A DNA stretch of 24,318 nucleotides from Candidatus Heimdallarchaeota archaeon (lineage in GTDB: Archaea > Asgardarchaeota > Heimdallarchaeia > Heimdallarchaeales > Heimdallarchaeaceae): positions 1 through 24,318 of the forward strand of contig DXJF01000127.1 of NCBI GenBank assembly GCA_019057375.1, read 5' to 3'. Position 1 is the stretch's first letter. Each line of letters opens with the position of its first letter. Below, piece after piece: positions 17,400 through 24,318 of the stretch. Position numbers and translations under genes: made by a program. The notes beneath the pieces were generated by a model. It made no database searches. It worked only from the letters and a program-made list of their open reading frames with translations, and had not been told where the DNA came from.

Positions 17400-18482
17400 A
17401 TGTCGAAAAAAGTTAAAGTAGCAATTGCTGGTCTTGGTAACTGTGCATCAGCTCTGGTACAAGGTTTAGAATATTACCAAAGCGCTGATGAGAACGATTT
17501 TGTACCTGGGGTTATGCATGTTAAGTTTGGTGAGTATCATATTTCAGATGTTGAAGTAGTAGCTGCTTTTGAGGTTAATACTAAGAAGATTGGTAAAGAT
17601 ATTTCTGAAGCTATTTGGCAAAGTCCAAATTGTTGTAATAAGTTTTCAGATGTCCCTCATAAAGGAATAACTGTCTTACCAGGACCTATCCATGATGGTG
17701 TTGCACCACATATGATAGAACCATTTCATTGTTATGACTCTTCAGAAGTACAACCTATAAATATTGCAGATACTTTAAAGGAGTCAAATGCAGATGTTTT
17801 AATTAACTTCCTTCCTGTAGGAAGTGAAAAAGCATCAAAAGTATATGCACAAGCTGCATTAGATGCTAATGTTGCTTTTGCAAATGGGATTCCAGCATTT
17901 TTAGCTTCGAAGCCTGAATGGGCTCAAAAGTTCAAGGATAAGAATATTCCAATAGCAGGTGATGATATAAAATCTCAGCTTGGAGCAACGATTTTGCATC
18001 GTGTTCTTGTATCACTAGCTCATGACAGAGGAATTAAGCTTGATGAAACCTTCCAATTAAATATTGGTGGAAACACTGATTTTGAGAATATGAAGAAGGA
18101 AAATAGATTGACTACAAAGAGAATATCAAAAACTGAAGCAGTCACAAGTATGTTACCTTATGAAGTTCCTACTAGAATCGGTCCATCTGACTATGTTCCA
18201 TTTCTAGATGATGAAAAAATCTGCTATCTTTGGTTGAAGGGTAAGAATTTTGGAGAACAACCAATAACTGCTCAATTAAAGCTAAGTGTGCAAGATTCAC
18301 CTAATAGTGCTGGTGTTATGATCGATGTAGTAAGATCTCTGAAAATTGCTTTAGATAGAAACATAGGTGGCCCTCTAATAGGCGTCTCAAGCTACTTCTT
18401 TAAGCATCCCCCAAAACAAATCAAAGATTCTGAAGCTAAAGAACTCGTTGAAAAATTCATAAGAGGAGAAATAACTAATTGA
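17400..18482 (+). CDS. ino1: Inositol-3-phosphate synthase (myo-inositol-1-phosphate synthase), canonical copy
   Basis: VAIAGLGNCASALVQG, GDDIKSQLGAT, QLNIGGNTDFENM, TKRISKTEAV, IGPSDY, LDDEK, QDSPNSAG and FKHPP all match the actinobacterial/archaeal Ino1 type. Confidence 0.95.
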   Translation: MSKKVKVAIAGLGNCASALVQGLEYYQSADENDFVPGVMHVKFGEYHISDVEVVAAFEVNTKKIGKDISEAIWQSPNCCNKFSDVPHKGITVLPGPIHDGVAPHMIEPFHCYDSSEVQPINIADTLKESNADVLINFLPVGSEKASKVYAQAALDANVAFANGIPAFLASKPEWAQKFKDKNIPIAGDDIKSQLGATILHRVLVSLAHDRGIKLDETFQLNIGGNTDFENMKKENRLTTKRISKTEAVTSMLPYEVPTRIGPSDYVPFLDDEKICYLWLKGKNFGEQPITAQLKLSVQDSPNSAGVMIDVVRSLKIALDRNIGGPLIGVSSYFFKHPPKQIKDSEAKELVEKFIRGEITN

Positions 18483-18489
18483 GGTGTTA

Positions 18490-19563
18490 ATGGTGAAAAA
18501 TGACGGTATAAAAATAGCAATCGCTGGTATCGGGAATATTGCTTCAGGTTTACTTCAAGGCATTAATTATCTTAATATCTTTGAAGATAAAAAGGAAAAA
18601 CTTCTTTATCCGAAAATCAGTAGTTATGAAGCTAAAAATATTCGAATTGTTGCTGCCTTTGATGTTGATGCTGATAAGGTCGGAAAAGACTTAGAAAAGG
18701 CTATATTTGCACCAATTAATAGTACTCCTCAATTTGTGAATGTTGAAAAGACCAATGTTGAAGTACTCAAAGGACCCGTAAAGGATGGCCTTTCAAATCA
18801 TCTACTTGAAGTAATAGTGGTAGCAGATGGTTCTGAAGCGAATGTAGTTGAAATTTTAAAGGATTCAGGAGCTGAGATTCTTATTTGTGCTCTTCCTTCA
18901 GGCGCAGAAAATGCAGTTGAAACATATGCTCAAGCAGCTCTTGATGCAGAAGTAGCATTCATAAATTGTACACCTACTAGTATTGCTAACAACCCTGGTT
19001 GGGCAAGAAAATTCAAAAAAGCAAATATATGTGTATTAGGAGATGATTTACAGTCCTTATCTGGAGGAACGGTTCTTCATAAAGGATTTCTAGATGTTCT
19101 AAGGGAACAAGGTGTTATCATAAAGGACACCTACCAACTAGATGTTGCTGGAGGCCTTGAAACACTGAATACACTTGATGATGATAGAAAACAATACAAA
19201 CGTGAAGTAAAAGAAAGAACTATTAAACAATCTTTTGGCTATGATATAAATCTCGCAAGTGGGACATCAGACTATCTAGAATTCTTAGGAAATAGGCGCG
19301 TGAGTCATTTCTGGATACGAGGGGAAGGATTCATGGAGATGCCAGTAAAAATAGATATTAGATTAGAAACATTAGATGGCCCTAATGGAGCGGGAACCCT
19401 TGTAGATGTAATAAGAGCAACAAAAGTAGCTATTAATCGAGCAGGAAGTGGTCCAATAAGTTCAATCTGTGCTTATGGGTTCAAGGCTCCTCCTGTTATA
19501 ACAGATAGATATACAGCACATATTTGGTTTAGTGAGTATATACAAGGAATTAGAAGCGAATAA
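18490..19563 (+). CDS. Inositol-3-phosphate synthase-like paralogue with a divergent active site
   Basis: Collinear with Ino1 over its full length (IAIAGIGNIASGLLQG, VAAFDVDADKVGKDL, YAQAALDAEVAFIN, FKAPP), but the catalytic-domain motifs are altered. Start placed at ATG 18490, after the SD GAGGTG. Confidence 0.85.
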   Translation: MVKNDGIKIAIAGIGNIASGLLQGINYLNIFEDKKEKLLYPKISSYEAKNIRIVAAFDVDADKVGKDLEKAIFAPINSTPQFVNVEKTNVEVLKGPVKDGLSNHLLEVIVVADGSEANVVEILKDSGAEILICALPSGAENAVETYAQAALDAEVAFINCTPTSIANNPGWARKFKKANICVLGDDLQSLSGGTVLHKGFLDVLREQGVIIKDTYQLDVAGGLETLNTLDDDRKQYKREVKERTIKQSFGYDINLASGTSDYLEFLGNRRVSHFWIRGEGFMEMPVKIDIRLETLDGPNGAGTLVDVIRATKVAINRAGSGPISSICAYGFKAPPVITDRYTAHIWFSEYIQGIRSE

Positions 19564-19578
19564 TTCCTACTTCTTTTT

Positions 19579-20583
19579 TTATATATGTAAAAGATTTGTT
19601 ATTTCGATTAATTTATCTCTTGAGGGGGTATTAGGAAACAAATTGAGAATAGCAATTGCTTCATTAATATAATGAGATATTTGATTCTTTACTATTTTAA
19701 GGGCTCCAGAATTTACAAGTATTGATTTAATTTTTTCAGTTGGAAAATCTTTCCTATCAATATAATAATCATTTAGAATTTTCATTTCATCAGAAGAGAC
19801 CAGATCCATTGCCTCTAAAACTATAATGGTTTGAATACGGTTCGAGATATCGGTCCAAACACCTGATTTTCCCAAATCATTTTGATCAGAAGTCAAAGAG
19901 AAATAATCATCTTTCAATTGAAATGCTCTTCCAAATAATTTACCAAAGTGCTTCATAGATTTTCTGTCTTTTTTTGAGCTATTTCCTAAAAGAACGCCAA
20001 TTACAGAGGCTGCTTCAAATAAACTTGAAGTTTTTCTGTCAATTAACTGAAGCGCTTCCTCTTTAGTCATCTTATTCTTTCCAGACCGGAATTTTTGCTC
20101 TAAAAATAATGAAGTTGATAGTGTATGAATTGCTTTAATTAACTCATCAACAATCTCAATAACGTTAGTTTTGGAAGCTAAGCTTAATGCTAAACTACTT
20201 AGGGAATAAGAAATTGAAAGTGCTGCGAAAGTTGAATACTTTAAGTAGAAAGATTTTTCTTGTCTTCGATAAATATCTTTATCGAAAATATCATCAATCA
20301 ACAATGATGCATTATGAATAACTTCTAGAGAACATGCTGCAGCTAGACTCGAATCATTGCGCTGTTCTTTTGATATCATCTCAAATGAAAGAAGGCAGAT
20401 TAAGGGTCTAATCCTTTTACCACCATTCTGAAGGATTTGATCAATTAAATCATTGATTTCGTCGTCATAAGGGCTATGATTTCTTAAATCAGATAAGTAA
20501 GAATTTATTTGATCTACCTCAAGTGGAAGATTTAACTTATTAGAAGTCACTCTAATCAAGTTGATTCGAATATCTATATTCAA
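19579..20583 (-). CDS. Trans-polyprenyl diphosphate synthase (predicted medium/long-chain type)
   Basis: GGKRIRP, FARM HNASLLIDDIFDKDIYRR, IDRKTSSLF, second motif FQLKDDYFS, LGK. Start uncertain (TTG 20583 or further downstream). Confidence 0.9.
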   Translation of the reverse strand: MNIDIRINLIRVTSNKLNLPLEVDQINSYLSDLRNHSPYDDEINDLIDQILQNGGKRIRPLICLLSFEMISKEQRNDSSLAAACSLEVIHNASLLIDDIFDKDIYRRQEKSFYLKYSTFAALSISYSLSSLALSLASKTNVIEIVDELIKAIHTLSTSLFLEQKFRSGKNKMTKEEALQLIDRKTSSLFEAASVIGVLLGNSSKKDRKSMKHFGKLFGRAFQLKDDYFSLTSDQNDLGKSGVWTDISNRIQTIIVLEAMDLVSSDEMKILNDYYIDRKDFPTEKIKSILVNSGALKIVKNQISHYINEAIAILNLFPNTPSRDKLIEITNLLHI

Positions 20584-20607
20584 AAACTTATTGAATTGTC
20601 GAAATAA

Positions 20608-22104
20608 CTAAACTAGGTTTATTCCAATCAAACTGCAGAAAATTAAGAATTGTTTTATGAAAATTACCGCCATAACTATAAGAATCAAAGCAATGAAAGA
20701 GGCTATGTACACTGCAGGTTCAGGTGAGGAGAACTCCAGATTTCTCTTGACTTGAATGAAGAAGATCGATCTTAACAATCTTATCAGATAGACTAATGAA
20801 AAAGCCATGCTTAAAAGAAGAATCACAGCTGTAATATACATTCTAGGAGAAAAGAAATCAGGAAAAACAATTTTCTGAGAGACGAGAAGTATTGATGAAG
20901 GTGCAGCAAACATCAATAGGACATTAAGTACCATTATAAGAAATTGAGAAATAGAATTTCTTCCAACTTCTCTTAAAATTTGAATTTTATCTGATTTGAA
21001 ACCCTTTGAAATTACACCTATTGAGGAGATAGAAAATGTTAACGAAAGAATAAACACCAATACTCCGTAAAATGCAGTCTTTAATGTTAGATTTATCAAT
21101 TCTTCTGTGATTATGGGAGAAAATAAATCGGATAAAATCAGAAGTATTATCCCCACAAAAATAATACTGATATAGTGTACTAATTTCTGTAATCTTTTTA
21201 CTGTCATGGAAGCTAAGACTCCCCAAAGAACATAAATAACACCACAAACAGTGTACAACCAAATCAAAACCTTTGAAAATGATGATTCAGCAATTGTTAA
21301 AGTATATTTGACTAAGAAAGATAATACCAAACCTTTCTGAACGGATATAATTATCTGCGTTATTGCATTAAATTTCTCATTTTCTGATTCAAAAAAGATA
21401 AAGTGGAAAGGAGGACCCCCAACTAGAACTAGTAATCCAGTTAGTATAAATATCTCGCTTATGAACTCCCAGAGACGAAGAGAGGTATTTTCTATTGACA
21501 ATACAAAGGAATTTCCTGAGAGAGAATGAGCAGCAAAACCAATAAACAATAAAGATAGAGCTAAACTACTCAAAGTTAGATAGTTTCCAATGAAAGATTT
21601 CTTTTTATCGGTCTTTGTTGATGTGAAGTTTCTTATAAAGAAATTCATTCCAGTAAAAACTAATACAAAACCAAAGAAAATGAACACCAAAGAATTAGCT
21701 GCAGTAATAAATATAGTACTGGATTCTATTAATAGTAAAGAGACAAAAAGTAGATAACTTTTCCTAAATTTCAATTCTATTTCGACAATAGATAAGAAAA
21801 TCCCTATAATGATAGCAAATGAAACAGCGTAAAATAGTCCTGATGTAAAAGATGTTATGGTCAAATTAAAAGCGATTACATAATTACTATCTAAGGGGGT
21901 GTATATGTAGCTATACACAATAACTGCAATAATACTTGAAATAAGTGCAATATAACCATAAACAATTCTCATCCTTGTCATAAGAAACGGGAATTTTTTG
22001 ATAATTTTAGATGAAAATGACCCTAAACCTATAATTAAGATGATTCCTAGTAGAAGAATTTCAAGAGGTAGGAAATCGTACAAGAATGAAATTGGATAAC
22101 TCAT
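20608..22104 (-). CDS. NADH-quinone oxidoreductase subunit N-like / MrpD-family antiporter-like membrane subunit, divergent
   Basis: About 14 TM segments; ANSL..IFFG, NYLTLSSLA.SLLFIG, PPFH, SVQKG, LQKLVHYISI and VYLIRLL follow the NuoN pattern. ATG 22104 overlaps the upstream TGA (TGATG). Confidence 0.75.
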   Translation of the reverse strand: MSYPISFLYDFLPLEILLLGIILIIGLGSFSSKIIKKFPFLMTRMRIVYGYIALISSIIAVIVYSYIYTPLDSNYVIAFNLTITSFTSGLFYAVSFAIIIGIFLSIVEIELKFRKSYLLFVSLLLIESSTIFITAANSLVFIFFGFVLVFTGMNFFIRNFTSTKTDKKKSFIGNYLTLSSLALSLLFIGFAAHSLSGNSFVLSIENTSLRLWEFISEIFILTGLLVLVGGPPFHFIFFESENEKFNAITQIIISVQKGLVLSFLVKYTLTIAESSFSKVLIWLYTVCGVIYVLWGVLASMTVKRLQKLVHYISIIFVGIILLILSDLFSPIITEELINLTLKTAFYGVLVFILSLTFSISSIGVISKGFKSDKIQILREVGRNSISQFLIMVLNVLLMFAAPSSILLVSQKIVFPDFFSPRMYITAVILLLSMAFSLVYLIRLLRSIFFIQVKRNLEFSSPEPAVYIASFIALILIVMAVIFIKQFLIFCSLIGINLV

Positions 22105-24056
22105 CAAATTATACCTCCAGCATAAAGAACGATTGTAATAGCAAACATTATCCCAAGTCCTAGGATTATGTAAAGTAGCTGTGTTTTTAATTTAGCATTT
22201 TCCAAACTTTGAATAAATCGAGAGATTCTCTTAAAGAAATTTACAGTCCTTGGAACTGCAACATTATTTACAAAATCCTTAACAAGGTTTGCTAGATAGA
22301 AGAAAAATTTGTAGATACCAACAATTATTACCTTGTAAATAATATCTCTGATAACATTTTCATAGAACCAGACTGCTGAAGGAATTATGATTTGAACATC
22401 TACCCAATTTATCGGTGAGAAAATAAATTCGAAATAGTAAATTTTACGCAATTTTTCTTGAATCTTTGTTGAAAACTTTTTGAGAAATATTGAAAATTTT
22501 TCAGTAAATGACTCAATAATAATGTATGAAACAAGGATCACAAACCATCCCACAAAAATCGGAATAAGAGCTGTGGAAAGGTTTTCCTGGGAGAAATTAA
22601 GAGGTAATGAAAATGGATTTAAAATGTTAAATAAAGGATAGAGAATACTATTTGCAGATAAGAAAACTAGAATCATAATAAGTGGAAACAACTCTGAAAA
22701 TTTCAGTTTCTTAAAGAGATTCTGTTTGAAATATTTCCAACTTATTTGAATACAAATTAAAGTTATGCTTAGAATTAAAATAATGGTTAATGTGTAAACA
22801 AGAAGACTCAAATCTATAATATTAGAAGTGAAAAGATAACCCAAAGTAAGTAAATTGCCGTTAAAAGGAATTACTGAAATTATTGAGATCATAATAATTG
22901 AAACAAAGAAAATATTAGCTATTGATCTGATGAGTTTTTTACTTCTCGTATCAGTAGGAGGATCTAGGTTGATGTTTATAGATTTTGATGAAAGAATTAC
23001 AAGACCCAGATAAGCAAAAGGCAACATCATCAGGAATTGAAAAGCACTTGACAGATTTCCAATTCCAATTGAAATTAATAACAAACCTATAGAAGAAGTG
23101 AAAACTAGAATCTGTTTTTCAAATTCCTTTGCTAGAAATATCGCAAAAAGTGTTGCAATAACAGAAAATATAATACCATACCAAGCATAATAATTTGGTA
23201 CTACTACAAGTAAGTTGTATAATGGTGAAATGAAGATAAGTGATATTCCAAGAATAACACTGATCATTATTGGGCTAAATTTCCATATTGAATCTTTAGA
23301 ACAAATTTTAGGTAGCCAGTTGTGAAATGGGAACAATGAACTTTTTGCTATTATACCTAAAAGAAACAAACAACACAGAACAATAAAATATGGTTTAAAA
23401 ATGAAAAATTTGTATTGAATATCACTCAAAATAATTTTAAAATCAAAGCTTTTTGATTTTCTGAAAAGAAGTATGAATGCTATACAAATCAGTAAATCTC
23501 CAACACCAAATGAAGCAGCCATTATATTCAAGTTCTTCCGTTTACATCCTTCCTGATTCAAACTGTATAACAGTTCAATTAAAATCAAATCAGCCACAAT
23601 TAAGAAGAACAGCAATTGAAAGAAGTTTGGAGATAAGATTACTAGAATAGATATCACTGAATAAATAGAGATTCTGTCTACTTGATCAATAGTCCATTTC
23701 TCCTGACTCCACACCAAATAGAAATTTATCAAAGCTACTGCAGAAGTAATGACTACAAACAAAAGAACTTGGATTTGAGTTAATTGAAATCCCAGAGTAA
23801 AATTATATTTAGATATGGAAAATAATGTTATTTCTTCTGTTAGGTTTGAAGGATTATTTGCATTCAGATAATGTAAGGTGAGTGAAAATATTATAATAGA
23901 GAATCCAACTAAGGTAAGAGACACAATACTTGAATAAATTTTTCTTACTCTAACCTTATTATTATCTGAAAACACTAAAAGACGTCTAATTATCGGAAAA
24001 CAAATCAAAATCGAAAATTGAGTAATCAATAAGACAGTAATATTATTCAATTTCAT
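22104..24056 (-). CDS. NADH-quinone oxidoreductase subunit L-like / MrpA-family antiporter-like membrane subunit, divergent
   Basis: LGFQL, SPNFFQL, VGDLL, GIIAKSSLFPFHNWLP; a long C-terminal amphipathic (lateral) helix ends in one TM helix (QSLENAKLKTQLLYIILG), which is a NuoL hallmark. Confidence 0.8.
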   Translation of the reverse strand: MKLNNITVLLITQFSILICFPIIRRLLVFSDNNKVRVRKIYSSIVSLTLVGFSIIIFSLTLHYLNANNPSNLTEEITLFSISKYNFTLGFQLTQIQVLLFVVITSAVALINFYLVWSQEKWTIDQVDRISIYSVISILVILSPNFFQLLFFLIVADLILIELLYSLNQEGCKRKNLNIMAASFGVGDLLICIAFILLFRKSKSFDFKIILSDIQYKFFIFKPYFIVLCCLFLLGIIAKSSLFPFHNWLPKICSKDSIWKFSPIMISVILGISLIFISPLYNLLVVVPNYYAWYGIIFSVIATLFAIFLAKEFEKQILVFTSSIGLLLISIGIGNLSSAFQFLMMLPFAYLGLVILSSKSININLDPPTDTRSKKLIRSIANIFFVSIIMISIISVIPFNGNLLTLGYLFTSNIIDLSLLVYTLTIILILSITLICIQISWKYFKQNLFKKLKFSELFPLIMILVFLSANSILYPLFNILNPFSLPLNFSQENLSTALIPIFVGWFVILVSYIIIESFTEKFSIFLKKFSTKIQEKLRKIYYFEFIFSPINWVDVQIIIPSAVWFYENVIRDIIYKVIIVGIYKFFFYLANLVKDFVNNVAVPRTVNFFKRISRFIQSLENAKLKTQLLYIILGLGIMFAITIVLYAGGII

Positions 24057-24318
24057 CCCTCCTTGCTGTTTCTACATGTATATTTGATAACAACTGATCT
24101 CTGAAATGAAAAGCCAAAATTATAGTAATTGTAACTAAGCCTAATAAGAAGAATAAAACAATATCTGTACTCATAATCGAACTAGATATAAGAAAAATAC
24201 CTGATAAAAAGAGAAAGATAAAACTCATATTCATTTGAAGTTTCGATTTTGAGAACATTAACAACAACAAACCTAAACAGAAACAAATGAGACTCAGGGC
24301 AATTAGATAACTTAAGAA
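24043..24318 (-). CDS. Membrane protein, 5'-partial (C-terminal end only); possibly a NuoM-like subunit by context
   Basis: The frame is open from the window edge (FLSYLIALSLICFCLGLLLLMFSK...), so the 75-aa ORF in the track is truncated. It is hydrophobic and overlaps the nuoL-like start by 14 nt. Identity comes from context only. Confidence 0.6.
   Translation of the reverse strand, partial: FLSYLIALSLICFCLGLLLLMFSKSKLQMNMSFIFLFLSGIFLISSSIMSTDIVLFFLLGLVTITIILAFHFRDQLLSNIHVETARRDEIE

Noticed and set aside
20987-21262. 91-aa alternative-frame ORF
   Set aside because: Nested within the continuous nuoN-like frame.
20608-24056. Calling the nuoL/nuoN-like genes pseudogenes
   Set aside because: Both are full length, uninterrupted and translationally coupled, and they keep the expected hydrophobic pattern.
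1-24318. CRISPR arrays, rRNA/tRNA genes, transposases, integrases, selenoprotein or pyrrolysine readthrough
   Set aside because: No regularly spaced repeats were seen, intergenic gaps are short (at most ~160 nt), and all ORFs look full length for their families.

Overview
An AT-rich (roughly 30-33% GC by eye), gene-dense archaeal chromosomal window with about 22 CDS. It is most likely from an Asgard archaeon, possibly Heimdallarchaeia; this is inferred from ribosomal protein S17e plus an ESCRT-II Vps22/36-like gene. In order it holds: a partial YtcJ-type amidohydrolase, DUF362, an MFS transporter, an ABC-2 exporter (ATPase plus 2 permeases), hexulose-6-phosphate synthase, a beta-CASP ribonuclease, the Vps22/36-like protein, uridine phosphorylase, class II HMG-CoA reductase, a polytopic-membrane alpha/beta hydrolase, S17e, a single-domain KaiC-like ATPase, a large PIN-domain protein, an NAD-dependent epimerase, two tandem inositol-3-phosphate synthase homologues, a trans-polyprenyl diphosphate synthase, and NuoN-like and NuoL-like subunits, with a partial upstream membrane gene. 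I found no CRISPR array, tRNA, rRNA or intact mobile element. The best leads are: (1) NuoL- and NuoN-like subunits that keep the fold but appear to have lost most canonical proton-pumping charged residues, with a long-chain-type prenyl synthase directly downstream; (2) an Ino1 tandem in which the second copy has a systematically rewired active site; (3) an orphan ESCRT-II gene followed by a GC-rich, apparently structured intergenic element; (4) a PIN/helical-repeat/beta-domain nuclease beside a KaiC-like ATPase and S17e; (5) an abrupt in-frame switch of the amidohydrolase into unrelated DUF362-like sequence at the left edge. All family calls and residue alignments were made by eye from remembered consensus sequences; no database search was run.
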